Numbered from the stretch's first letter, positions 1 to 12,347 are shown. The stretch is 64,000 bases of DNA from Octopus sinensis (GCF_006345805.1 NC_043000.1:31682001-31746000), one strand, 5' to 3'. The notes: generated by a model from the letters alone, not told the origin. Numbers and translations are program-made.

Positions 1-146
1 AGTTTCTAATTTTGGCCAAAGGCCAGCTGTTTTGGAGATGGGGCTGAGTCAGTTACATCGACCGCGGTGCTCAACTAGTTCTTATGGCAAATTCGACCTC
101 AGCGGAATTTGAACCGGCATGCTAAAGATTCTGCCAGCTCGCCGCC
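1..146 (-). mobile_element. tRNA-headed SINE, family A head with alternative tail (internally deleted)
   Basis: Reverse complement of the GGCGAGCTGGCAGAA head and CCGAGGTCGA body seen in better copies (e.g. 57000-57232). The tail TTTTGGCCAAAGGCCAGC resembles 5260-5290. Confidence 0.7.
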
Positions 147-920
147 TTTTGTGTTGCGCGAAATGTTTATAAGCGAACAAAAGAATGGATTTCAAATCTT
201 GCGACAATTGCTTCACTAAGAATCTTTGATTAATGTCAGCATAATACAATATCTTGCATTCCATCATGCATTTTGCAATTCTCACGCTCATCAGGCAATA
301 TTTAAAGCAGAGTTGGACAAATACTTTTGAGTAATTAATTGACTCCCAAGCAAGTTACTTGCCTTGGAATCGATTGGCATCGCCTGACGACCATGAAAAT
401 ACCATAATCTTTAAACGTAATCCAAAATATTGTACTCAGCTTACATTAAAGATTCTGAGCGAAACAATTGTAGCAAAATTTTAAATCCATTTGTTTGCTC
501 GTATCTATATGAGAGAATAAGATGGAGTAAATTACGGAATGAAAGAATGAGGGAAAGAGAGAAAAGAGATCGGTATATCTGCTGGGTCTTGAACGTTTAA
601 CAGGGATTCGTGGCGTTCTGGGTTTCATGGGAACGATTCGACCTTCGATCATTGTTACATTCAGTTCGAACCGTTTTGTAATAACCCCCTCCACCAATCC
701 TTTTAGTCCACCAACACTAATGAATCTGATTCGTTATAATGACATCAGAAATAATTATTGAATTCTATATCAAATAACAAGATCTTATCTACTGAATGAA
801 ACAGTAAAAACAAATATTATACATACCTGCGTGTGATATCGAACTTAAATTTGATGAGAATTTTCTCTTATCTGATCGCTTTGTGGTAAACAGAAAATAG
901 AGAGATAACAGTCTAGACAT

Positions 921-1333
921 TTCTTCTTCTTCTTCTTCTTCTTCTTCTTCTTCTTCTTCTTCTTCTTCTTCTTCTTCTTCTTCTTCTTCTTCTTTTCTTA
1001 TTCTTCTTTTCTCTTCTTCTTTCTTCTCTTCTTCTTATTCTTCTTATTCTTCCCTCTTTTTCTTCTTCTTCTTCTTCCTTCTTCTTTTCTTCTTCTTCTT
1101 CTTCTTCTTCTTCTTCCTCTTTTCTTCTTCTTCTTCCTCTTTTCTTCTTCTTCTTCCTCTTTTCTTCTTCTTCTTCCTCTTTTCTTCTTCTTCTTCCTCT
1201 TTTCTTCTTCTTCTTCCTCTTTTTCTTCTTCTTCTTCTTCCTCTTTTTCTTCTTCTTCTTCCTCTTTTTCTTCTTCTTCTTCCTCTTTTCTTCTTCTTCT
1301 TCTTCTTCTTCTTCTTCTTCTTCTTCTTCTTCA
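921..1333. repeat. (TTC)n polypyrimidine tract with an internal ~21-bp higher-order unit
   Basis: Pure TTC repeats flank repeated TCTTCTTCTTCTTCCTCTTTT units. The poly-K/R/E ORF at 1044-1334 is its artefact. Confidence 0.95.
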
Positions 1334-1699
1334 ATTAATTATTGAATTAACTATTAGTGGAAATATCACTTCATGTTTGCTGTATCACTTCATATGGATT
1401 ATATATTCTCCTGGCCGCTGTCACTCTACATTATAAATTAATCTATGGTCACTGGTTGCATTACAACCTTCTAATGACACGAGTACACGTACACACACAT
1501 ACACACGCACACACACGCACGCACACACAGAGATGTTTAGAATACAAACAAGAAAAATAGAACTCAAAATACAGGGTGTGTGTGAAGCCTTTGCTTTGAC
1601 CATCAGCATAAAGAAGACGGAAGTAATCCACCAACCTTTGCCCTACTCCAAAACACATTCGTGGTGTCAAGTAGAGGCCACGGGTTCACAATTTTCCTG

Positions 1700-2272
1700 A
1701 CACTCCTATACAGGTTAATGAGAAAAACCTAAATTATGTGAAGTCATTTACATATTTTTGTAGTAAAGTGAATTTGAGTGTTTCCCTTGATGATGAGATC
1801 GTCAACCGTCTTACAAAGGCAACCAACGCATTTGGTAAACTCCGTCATCGCCTGTAGAATGAAAGAGGCTTCAAACTTGACGCCAAAGTACAGGTCTATA
1901 AAGTAGCCATTCTTACTATTCTCTTGTATGGCTCAGAATCGTGGATACACTATTGACGACACATCGATCAATTAGACATCTCCCGAAAAGGCTGTCACTA
2001 AAAGACAGAGTTTCCAATGCCGACCTGTTTAGCAAGTGTGAGATTGGTGGAATCGAGAGCTTCCTTATGCAGTCACAATTGCGCTAGGCTGGCCATGTCG
2101 GCAGAATGAGTGACGAAAGAAAACCCAAAGTCCTCATGTACAGCCAGCTTGATAGCGGGCAGGGATGTTGGTCGACCATAGTTCAGATATATGGACAGGC
2201 TGAAGAGTAACCTCTTAGCAGAGAAAATAGCTCACAATACCTTTGAGTGAACATAATGGAAGGCTAGTAATT
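1700..2272 (+). mobile_element. RTE-clade (BovB-like) LINE ORF 3' fragment, degenerate
   Basis: Manual translation gives VKSFTYFCS...SLDDEIVNRLTKATNAFGKLRHRL*...KVQVYKVAILTILLYGSESW...SQLR*AGHVGRMSDERKPK, the typical RTE RT C-terminal/thumb pattern, with stops and frameshifts. Confidence 0.85.
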
Positions 2273-2276
2273 TCTG

Positions 2277-2438
2277 TAACATCGATCCCAGTGTCCAACT
2301 GGTACTTATTTTAACGACCCTGAAAAGCTGAAAGGTAAAGCTGACCTCTGAATAGAATTTGATCTCAGAACGTAAAGACGGACGAAATGCCACAAAACAT
2401 GTTGTCCGACGGGCTAATGATTCGGGCAGTTCGCTACC
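2277..2438 (-). mobile_element. Diverged family A SINE
   Basis: CAACTGGTACTTATTTTAACGACCCTGAAAAGCTGAAAGG...CTCAGAACGTAAAGACGGACGAAATGCC aligns to the reverse complement of family A. Confidence 0.75.
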
Positions 2439-3439
2439 TACTCTTATATGTTATATATTATATATAGATCACACGAGAAGTTTTACATGAGGCCAGTGCT
2501 TTGGTTTTACTCCGTAAGTATTTATTAATAGACAGCAGTTCAGTAATGATCGTCTCAGTACAAGGAAATACTTCAGCCCCAGTTTCTAATCCTTTCCAAG
2601 GTTCACATCGGACTCATATTACAGTAATATTCCCTCATCTGGGATAGCGTTACAGCTAGACACACAGACATTACAGATCATATTCCATGAAAATCCACCG
2701 AACTGATTAACGAAGTAATCAGTAATTAAAGTAATTCCCCAACATACCCCAACCCCTATGCCTGAGATTTGCTATCTCCTTTCTCTGATTCTTCTACCAG
2801 GACTACATTGTTCTCTGTTCCTCGGGGGTGGCTTATCATGTGTCATCTTCATCCAGATACTCCCTATTCATTCGTACTTCATCCTTTCTTTACTTGTATT
2901 GTACTCACCTTTCGTGGATCCACTCCAGGCCCAGCATTAATTCCTGCCATCCTTCTCCACAATTTTCTCCCTACACATGTATCCCTACAACCGTCGACTT
3001 CAGTGGGGGGGGGTGCTCATTCCTCCAGATCTCTCAAAGCCTGCAAAGACTAAGAACACAGACCCCATCCTTCCTCCAGACCCCAGAGTGGTACGGCCAA
3101 GGGCACAAATCCTCCAAATCTTGGAGAATCTGCTAAGGCCAAGAATGCAGACTTCTCCATCCTCCTGGTCTCATTGATCCTGCAAAGGCTAAAGGTACCG
3201 CCTCACCGTCCGCTGAACAATTAAAAAGAAAAATAGGAAATTATTCCTATTTTTACTAAGGCAGTGATTCTGGATTCTTGTAATAGAAACAGGAAAAAAT
3301 ACATGCTTCTGAATATTGTAATTTCCATCTCTAGGATATCCTCGTTAAGCGGATAAATGCATGGTTTTAGAGTGTATGATGACATGTAGGTGAGAGTGGG
3401 AACTCATTAATAACGCGCAGGTAAGAGTGTGACTGCAGT

Positions 3440-3605
3440 CAAGGCCGGCTCGAGGTACCGGCAACTCGGGCAGTTGCCTGGGGTGCCATGTGCTAGGGGG
3501 CACCAAGAAGGGCGTGACAAAGACAAGGAAATTTCCATGACTGTTAGTTTGTGCACGCCGAAGTTCAGCTTGTCCGAGACGCCTACAAACGTAGAGCCGG
3601 CCCTG
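3440..3605. mobile_element. hAT-type MITE (166 bp)
   Basis: TIRs CAAGGCCGGCTCGA / TAGAGCCGGCCCTG match at 12/14. An identical 8-bp flank ACTGCAGT lies at 3432-3439 and 3606-3613; an 8-bp TSD is characteristic of hAT. Confidence 0.8.
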
Positions 3606-3993
3606 ACTGCAGTTAGTATAGATCTGATGCATTAATGAGCGAAATCAGAGTTTTCAGCAGGAAATATTTCAGAGTTTATTAATGATGAGTAGATGAAGGT
3701 ATTATCATAGCCCGAGGTAGGGGGTTAGGTGATACATAAATACCTGGACTGGATTGTAAGTGGGAAGGAATCTGTTGCCGGAGACTCACCTGTACTAAAA
3801 AAGATACTGAATTTGGTATGAAATTATATTAAATTATTGTTTTGGAACTTTAAGACTGAAACTTGTTTGTTGCTTCACTATGGGGTTTGTCCTGCTTCAA
3901 TGCAAGATCCATTTTTCATACATACTGCTCGAGATGCTGCCCCAATTAACATATCACTCTATACATCATTATTGATGTGTCAGTGATATTGAG

Positions 3994-4253
3994 ACTCCGT
4001 CGGTTACGGCGACCAATGTTCCAGTTGATCCAGAGAAACCAGGTGGCTGAGTACTCCACAGGCACACGAGTAGCTTTAACGTAGTTCTCTGAAAGGTTAG
4101 CGCCTTTGAAATTACAGGTACAACTCATTTTTGCCAGCCGAGTGGACTGGAGTAACGTGGATTAAAGTGTCTTGCTCAAGGACACAACGCGTTGTTGGGA
4201 ATAGAGCTGACGACCTTACGATCGCCAATTGAATGCCCTAACCACCAAGCCAC
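3994..4253 (-). mobile_element. tRNA-headed CORE-type SINE (family C; OR-like octopus SINE)
   Basis: The minus strand has a tRNA-like head followed by GCGTTGTGTCCTTGAGCAAGACACTTTA, which resembles the CORE domain. Homologous to 20785-21106 and 53823-54092. Confidence 0.85.
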
Positions 4254-4332
4254 ATACATACATACATGCATACATACAGACAGACAGACAGACAGACAGA
4301 CAGATATAGCATGTCAGCTTTCGTTGTCATGT

Positions 4333-4740
4333 GGCGAGCTGGCAGAAACGTTAACATGCCGGGCGAAATGCTTAGCGGTATTTCGTCTGCCGCTACGTTC
4401 TGAGTTCAAATTCCGCCGAGGTCGACTTTGCCTTTCATCCTTTCGGAGTCGATAAATTAAGTACCAGTTGTGCACTGGGGTCGATATAATCGACTTAATC
4501 GTTTGTCTGTCCTTGTTTGTCCCTCGTTTTAAGCCCCTTGTGGGTAGTAAAGAGATAGGTATTTCGTCTACCGCTACGTTCTGAGTTCAAATTCCGCCGA
4601 GGTCGACTTTGCCTTTCATCCTTTCGGAGTCGATTAAATAAGTACCAGTTACGCACTGGGGTCGATGTACTCGACTTAATCCATCTGTCTGTCCTTGTTT
4701 GTCCCCTCTATCTTTAGCCTCTTGTGGGCAGTAAAGAAAT
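4333..4740 (+). mobile_element. Family A SINE, full copy plus head-less tandem second unit
   Basis: GGCGAGCTGGCAGAAACGTT...GTTCAAATTCC (B-box-like)...GTAGTAAAGAGATAGG, then the sequence restarts at TATTTCGTCT (about 4560) and repeats the body to 4740. Confidence 0.9.
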
Positions 4741-4959
4741 GAGCTTTTGTTATCATGAATAGGCTGTTTATAGGAGCGGGATTTGATCTCAGAATGCAGC
4801 AATTTGGCTTAGATACGTCAATACATGCTATCTGACTGTCTGATGATTCTGTTGGTCGCCTTAAAGGAGTATGTAAGAAAAGTATGTGGAAAATATTGAT
4901 ATTCTATTGGGATTTCTCGTTTCTCAAGAAAGCTGTTGTGACAATAGTGGTTTGTATTT

Positions 4960-5258
4960 GTTAGCGAGATAATGTTATGAGATAATGATCGATAATGATA
5001 AATATATCAATAATGTTAGATAAAGAATGTTAAATAATGTTAGAGATAATGTTAGATATGTCAATAATGTTGTGTAGGTAAATATTCTTAGATAGTGTTA
5101 GCTTGATAATGTTCGATATGTCAATAATGTTACGTACATGGATAGTCTTAGTTTGATAATGTTATTATATTGATGGCGATAGATATAAAGACAATTGTAA
5201 GATGTAAATAATGTAAGATATGTAGATAAATAAGGATAGATTATCAATAATTTTAGAT
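4960..5258. repeat. Degenerate AT-rich minisatellite (ATAATGTTAG-like unit)
   Basis: GATAATGTTA/AATAATGTTAG motifs recur every ~10-25 bp. Confidence 0.7.
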
Positions 5259-5259
5259 A

Positions 5260-5467
5260 GCTCAAATTTTGGCATTGGGCCATCCGTTTTTGAGGGGAGG
5301 GGAAATGACATCGACCACCGTACATGACTGGTACTTATTTTGTCGACCTCGAAATGATGGAAGGCAGAGTCGACCTCGATTAAATTTGAAATCAGAACGT
5401 AAAGACGGGAGAAATACCGTTAAACATCTATCCCGGCTTACTAACGGTTCGGCCACATCACCGCCTT
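5260..5467 (-). mobile_element. Diverged family A-type SINE with alternative tail
   Basis: CTCAAATTTTGGCA...ACTGGTACTTATTTTGTCGACCTCGAAATGATGGAAGGCAGAGTCGACCTCG...CAGAACGTAAAGACGG. Confidence 0.8.
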
Positions 5468-5477
5468 TAGATAAATA

Positions 5478-5690
<213 letters not shown>

Positions 5691-5861
5691 ACAAAAATAC
5701 CCTGTTGTTGATGTTGAAATTCCAATGAAGAAACCTTGAATCTAGGTTAGAAACCGGCTGTTTCTCTATTGGCAAGAAATCTTGAAATAAGACTGAACGA
5801 TAACATACATACACATATAAAATTAAAACAGCCCCCAAGGTAAAATACAACTGTCAAATAT

Positions 5862-6150
5862 TGTTGTTGGACCAGAAAGGAAAGAAATGTTCTGTTGTGG
5901 ACATCAGCCTCATTCTGGACACTGATTTTGTTAGAGAAATACAAGAGAAAGAGGACATCTAAGGACTTTGCAAATCCAGTACCAAATATACACTTTTAGC
6001 TTCATACCTATTATTGGAACAACAGGATAGATACCGACCGGTCTGGAGCAAAGTATGGCTGAACTTGGGGTTTTGGGGAGAGAACGCAAATCTTTAATTC
6101 ATACACAAGAAATGACCACGATATTTGGGAATGAACAAAACAAGATGAAT
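5862..6150 (+). mobile_element. RLE-type non-LTR retrotransposon endonuclease fragment, degenerate
   Basis: LLLDQKGKKCSVVDISLILDTDFVREIQEKEDI...FIPIIGTTG resembles the region after the PD-(D/E)xK motif in other RLE fragments of this window. Confidence 0.5.
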
Positions 6151-6244
6151 GCCTTCACAACTTTGCCACCATAAAAGGTGACCGATTTAAACGTGTCTAA
6201 ATTAAAAAGTGAAAGAGAGCATATATACATACACACACACATAC

Positions 6245-6796
6245 ATGGTGGCTTCCTCCTCATTATCGAGTATGGCCATTGCACGAAGCTTAATCAATGT
6301 TGTTATCGTGCAATGCCTGTGCAAGAATATGTTTTTTAAGTGAGGAAAGGCTGTGCACTGAGTCAATCCCACTCACTAAGCAACAGCAGCCATAATCCGA
6401 AAAGAAGGACAAGTCAACATCATCGGTAACCACTGAGCCGCAGGTTTTATGTCGGAGTTATCCCAGTTACCTGAGTTACCTTCTCCTAGAAGGATGCCCT
6501 AACAAAGGCTAGGGGTCCTTCACTCCCAATGGTTTTACCGCGCGATCGGGTATTCAGTCCGATTATTTCTATGTCCCCGCGCATGATACAGCCTTAAGAC
6601 ATTTATTGGATGGCCGTTGACTCTCAAGAGTTCCTCCGCTCTTTGACGGGTTTTGTTTTTCATCCCGCAGGGTATCCAATAAACACCCTCCTCACCAAGC
6701 AAGCTTGGTGGGGTTGCCGGTTTAGTCGCCGACGACCCGACCATGCAACAGGTTGTACTGGGTTACATGTTACCAGTAGCACTCGAAAGTGTCCTG
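6245..6796. mobile_element. Unclassified interspersed repeat (possibly RTE-related non-autonomous element)
   Basis: A GC-richer non-coding block bounded by microsatellites. The minus-strand GGGCATCCTTCTAGGAGAAGGTAACTC resembles RTE 5' UTR motifs as I recall them; no second copy is present in the window. Confidence 0.35.
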
Positions 6797-7223
6797 ACAT
6801 ACATACATACATACATACATACATACATACATACATACAAGACAGACATACATGACAGATAGACAGACAGATAGATAGATTAATTCATTGATTGATAATA
6901 TTAGATAGATAAGAGCTTCTCGTACTGCCCCTCATTGGACCATAGGCTATGTTGCTCGAAGGGAGCGTCAGTAAGGTTCACTCACCCCTGTTCACGACAT
7001 GATGGCGATTTATCTTATGGACGCTGTAAAGGGACTGAACTAAATCCAACAAGGCAATTTGTCCAGCATGCTTGATGTGTGTGTGTGTGTCTACCCTCGC
7101 CCACCCCCACCAACATCACCACCATCACCACCGCCATTACTGGTGTTTTATTTATAATTAATACAAATCAATTTGTGGTTTCTATCCAGGTAATTGTTAC
7201 AGTTGTGTTTACTGAAGTATATC

Positions 7224-7587
7224 GACCACCACCACCACCACATCACTGCTACTACCTCCACCACATCATTACTACTATTACTAACTCCACCACCACCACC
7301 ACCACCACATCACCACTACTGCTGCTACCTCCACCACCACCACCACATCACTACTACTACTACTACTACCACTACTACTATTACTACTACTACTACTCAA
7401 CTACTACTACTACAACTACTACTACCACTACAACTACTACTATTACTACAACTACTACTACTACTACTACAACTACTACTACTACCACTACCACCACTAC
7501 TACTACTACCACCACTACTACTACCACCACCACCACCACTACTACTACAACTACTACAACTACTACTACTACTACCACTACAACCAC

Positions 7588-7641
<54 letters not shown>

Positions 7642-7650
7642 AACTACTAC
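7224..7650. repeat. (CAC)n/(CTA)n trinucleotide array
   Basis: Seen directly; it produces the poly-T/poly-L/poly-V ORFs. Confidence 0.95.
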
Positions 7651-7979
7651 GCTGGTTGTAATCACGATCATGTGTAATCAGTACAGCAGTTGTAATCGAT
7701 GAAACAGCATTAGAGACGATCAACTGGCCACTGTTGTTGTTGTTGTTGTTCTGATAGTGTTGTCCTAACTAATGCATAAATGATGACAATGGCTCTGTTA
7801 CCTGTTACACCTTTAATCAATGTAAAAATAACAGACAAAAACATGTATGTTCGTATGCATGTACACACACGCGCGCACGCACACACACAAACACGTATGC
7901 GTGTGTGTGTGTATATAAATAAGCATATATACCTAAATATGTGTGCATACATGTGTATGTCACCTAGCACAGCTTCTAT

Positions 7980-8262
7980 ATGATGATGATGATGATGATG
8001 ATAATGATGATGATGACGATGGCGACGATGACGATGACGACGATGACGATGATGATGACGATGTGATGATGTTGACGATGACGATGATGATGATGATGAT
8101 GTTTGACGATGACGATGACGACTATGATGATGATGATATGATGATGATGATGACGATGACGATGACGATGATGGTGATGATGATGAGGATGATGATGACG
8201 ATGATGACGACGATGATGATGACGATGACGATGACGATGACGATGATGACGATGAGGATGAC

Positions 8263-8311
<49 letters not shown>
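7980..8311. repeat. (GAT)n/(GAC)n trinucleotide array
   Basis: Seen directly; it produces the poly-D/M/H/S ORFs. Confidence 0.95.
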
Positions 8312-8313
<2 letters not shown>

Positions 8314-8849
8314 TAAATGAACTCACTTCCCACGAAATGATGACTTACCAACCAGCCCGCCATTAACCCGTTTCTGTACACTTTATTTATTATTAACTCA
8401 CACATGCAATATTCTGACAAGATATTACAACTCACATCGTATTAACCTACAACTGTCAATGACTTAACCCATTTCACACCGCATATACACTCACTTTGAA
8501 CAAGATGTTAACCCAATTCACAGAAAACATATAAATGACTTTCATGAGACAGTAAACCACCTCACACAATATATTATCCCATTTCTGTCAACAGATTAAC
8601 CCACCTCAGATGAACAGGTTTGATGAAATATCTTCTGGAAAATTTCGACCTCTGTAACTAATAACAAGAAGTGTCTTGGGAGGGGGGTGGATATTGCAGT
8701 GTGGTGGGGTGTTGGAGTGTGGGGTGGTCTAGTGCGGTGTGATGTGTTTTAGAATGATATGAAACTAAATTCAATCGACCAAACAACTTCAGTGAAGATG
8801 TTATCCAGACAATCAAAATGTTTACTCATCAATTTTGCTGCGATTTATT

Positions 8850-9310
8850 TAATAGCAACAACAACAGCAACGATTGCCAAGGTCATAGCAGCAAATACAT
8901 CAGAATCGACAACAGTAAGGACTGTAATATCAACAACAGGATACTAACAATAGCATTAGCAACAGTTGTGACATTGCATTGGCATGAAAAATAGCAACAG
9001 TAATAACTTCGATGACTGAATAGCAAGATCAGTAGTCACAGAAATATCAATGATGGTAGCAATAGCAACAAGAATTGAAACAGCCATAGCAACATGTGGC
9101 AACAACAACATCAATAGCATTAGCAAGGATGAGAGATACAACAATAAAAGGAGGCACAGTAATAACTCAGCAATTATAACAACAATAGCAACAGCATTTG
9201 CCATCGTAGCACCAACAAAAGTAGCAACATTAATAGCAACGATAGCATCATCAATGATAACAACATTAACATCAGCGATAGCAACATCAACGATAGCAGC
9301 AACAGAAAGT
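8850..9310. repeat. Degenerate (AGCAACA/ACAATAGC)-rich low-complexity region
   Basis: Recurring AGCAACA and ATAGCA motifs. Confidence 0.75.
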
Positions 9311-9687
9311 GGAGGCGCAATGGCCCAGCGGTTAGGGCAGCGGACTCGCGGTTTCGATTCCCAGACCGGGCGTTGTGTGTGTTTATTGAGCGAAAATACC
9401 TAAAGCTCCACGAGGCGCCGGCAGGGGGCGGTGGGGACCCCTGTTGTACTCTTTCGCCCCAACTTTCTCTCACTCTTTCTTTCTGTTTCTTGTCCCCGAC
9501 TTCCTACGCAACCGTTGAGCCTGGATGCGCATTTATCCATCCGTCGATGGTGTCGGGGGTTGACCTGCTTTCTCTTCTGCGGGTCTTACGAATGGCAAAG
9601 GTCTACGTTTCGGACTTCTCCCACTACAGAGGCGCGATCTTGCGAGCTCTGGGACGAAGACCGCTTCGCTCAACAAACAAACAAACA
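9311..9687 (+). mobile_element. tRNA-headed SINE family B with CAA tail and 13-bp TSD
   Basis: A-box-like TGGCCCAGCGG, B-box-like GGTTTCGATTCCC and a CAACAAACAAAC tail. AGCAGCAACAGAA is repeated at 9295-9307 and 9688-9700. Homologous to 48223-48580. Confidence 0.9.
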
Positions 9688-10683
9688 AGCAGCAACAGAA
9701 GAAATAACAACGACGATGAGCAAAACAGGGAACGAAATTCTCCTTACTTGGTCTTTCCCCTCTTGTTATTGGCGATTATTTTTTGGTGTCGTATTGGTCA
9801 TCGATACCGGCAAACAGATCTGATTACGGTAAGCTTGAAGGCTGACACACTAGATCAATGTTCTATCGATTATATATCGATTTTTGTGGTCGTGTTTATT
9901 ATTACAGTGGAACACACTGTCTTTCTTCCCTTGATACCGATAGTTACATTAAGCCAGTTTAGTTTCTTGGCTAAATAACGGAGAACAACCTACCTAGAGA
10001 TCACACGATAACTGAACAGAATCCACTGTTCAATAGGCACTGATCGATATCTTATTCCAGTTCCTTTCGATAAGCGATCCACGTGACGAAAACGACGACT
10101 TAACGAAATAATATTGATTTCTGTAGAAAGACATGAAACCTGGAATTTGTAAGGACTCCCAGGAAAATATTAAAAAAACATGATTACGTTCATAGTTACC
10201 GTTTTTTTTTTTAATATATATTCTTCGCTTTTTTATTGAACGTGTATGTGTCTGCAGGCGTGTGTGTTTCTTTTCTTTCTTTGCCCAAGACTTTAATCTT
10301 TGTAAATGAATTGTAATCGAGTCACGGACTCAACTCTCCAGGCACCTCTAAACTACTTTGTTTGCTACAACAACAATAACAACTATCATGAACATCGTTG
10401 TTGTTGTTATTGTTGTTATGGTTATGTTTCTTGTTGTTGCTGTTGTCCTTGTTCAATTTTATATCTTCCTTCCTCAAGGGTGGCAGATGAGAGGACGTTT
10501 CAAGGACAAATAGCAAAAATGATGGCGGAAGGAGTTTGCAAAATCGATGAGGAAAAAAGAAACAGGCCAAATACATAACAAACGAATTATCTCAATACGT
10601 GGGGCGGAATTGATATGAAGGGCCAACCAAGGAAGCCATCCAGGAATACTGTGACTATCGAGTGCATGTACACTCTCTCTCTC

Positions 10684-10890
10684 TCATTTGTGTTGTCCGG
10701 CCCTCGTGATCAGGCTGTGAGTTCCCCCGTTTCCTCGGCCCATCAAGGGCTCCTCCTTAACAACCCTCACCTTCTTCTTTAAGTAGAACTTGAAGAAACT
10801 ACCGAAGCGGAAGGCGTCTTTCAATTCTTTCCCTAAAATCTCTTTTGCTATGACCACCACACAGAGGAAGGCGACTGTATGATCCATACG
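10684..10890 (-). mobile_element. L1/Tx1-clade LINE ORF2 C-terminal relic
   Basis: AFLCVVVIAKEILG...FFKFYLKKKVRV resembles the C-terminal tail of Tx1-like ORF2 proteins (from recall). An in-frame stop lies just upstream of the Met. Confidence 0.5.
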
Positions 10891-11962
10891 ACGGACTTAG
10901 CTGACAACAGTTTTTCAAAATACTAACTTCCGCATCATCGTATTACAGAATTCTACGTTGTTGAGAATCGCGCCGTAACACGACATTCAATAACTTCAAA
11001 CGTTTTTCTCATTAATTTCCATGTTGTATATTGAGATACAGTTTGTTTTCGAAAAGATCAGCTGTTGCCCCTGCATGTAGATCTTCGTGTTACGCTCCAT
11101 TGATGTGGTCCAGTGAAATGACAATGGCCAATACAGTCCAGCTCATTGATGACCCAATAATGCAGAGAACCAAACCCAATATCGCAAAGCATCCTATTTG
11201 GCGCGCTGACAATTCCCCTAACTCTTATTCTTAATTGGAACTTTATTTCTCGACTCTGACAGGATGAAATGCAAACTTGAACGCGGAAGGATTTGAATCT
11301 AGTGCATAGAGAACAACACGGTACATCTATCTGACAATCTAACGACTCTGTCAATTGACCAATCTCAGAATACACATACTTAAAAGGTACTAGATTATAA
11401 AGAGTTGCCTGTACTTCTAGTAAAGTTTATTTATTCAAAAGAAGCTGATAATTTGTTCGGTTGCTAGAGTCTCTTGCTATTTATGATCTTTCAGATCACA
11501 AAGAGTGAGGTGCAATTACTTCTTTCTCTATACTTAAAAGAATGTATGTGCTGATTGTATCGGATCTTAAAAGTATTTCTTGTAAACCCGCATAATTCTT
11601 CTCACTAACATCAGATGGTATTGAGCTTGCCGTATATGCACAACCATAAAAAAGATAAGATCTTGTAGATAGACATTTCTTGACGTTTCTGCAAGTTCTG
11701 CAAGTTTGTGTAATGGTGACTATGCTTTATATCTTGATGTATGTCTCGGAAGTGATGCTGTCCAAATTGGCTCTCTTCCCATGCTAGCATATTCTAAAAG
11801 ATACTCTTTGGATACAATTTTTGTAATGAAACCGCATTTACTAAGAAGCTGTTTTCTAAAAGATTTATTTGCTTCACCAAGTTTTATGTTAATATTGCCT
11901 TACTCACGTGACTAACACGTTGTCCCTAAGGAGACCTTCGACAGAACGGTATTATATTTCCT

Positions 11963-12194
11963 GGAGAGCTGGCAGAATCGTTAGCACGCCGGGCGAAATG
12001 CTTAGCGGTATTTCGTCTGTCTTTACGTTCTGAGTTCAAATTCCGCCGAGGTCGACTTTGCCTTTCATCCTTTCGGGGTCGATTAAATAAGTACCAGTTA
12101 CGCACTGGGGTCGATATAATCGACTTAATCCGTTTGTCTGTCCTTGTTCATCCTCTCTGTGTTTAGCCCCTTGTGGGTAGTAAAGAAATACGTA
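11963..12194 (+). mobile_element. Family A SINE
   Basis: Near-consensus copy, GGAGAGCTGGCAGAATCGTTAGCACGCCGGGCG...GTAGTAAAGAAATA. Confidence 0.92.
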
Positions 12195-12300
12195 TTCTAT
12201 TTCTTAAGATAAGAAACTAATAACATTAAGATGGAAAATCTACACACTTTCTTTTATATACATACTTTATATACATAAACATGTATTTACATATTTGTAT

Positions 12301-12338
<38 letters not shown>

Positions 12339-12347
12339 GCCATGATA

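Noticed and set aside
8340-8620. TTAACC-rich stretch as interstitial telomeric repeat
   Set aside because: The motifs are irregularly spaced and degenerate, not tandem (TTAGGG)n.
9311-9380. tRNA genes at SINE heads (also 22537, 48223, 54030-54092)
   Set aside because: A/B-box-like motifs are present, but there is no complete cloverleaf and each continues into a SINE body.
9373-9978. 201-aa ORF with hydrophobic segments
   Set aside because: The first half is family B SINE sequence, and the similar text reappears in ORFs at 48414 and 55462.
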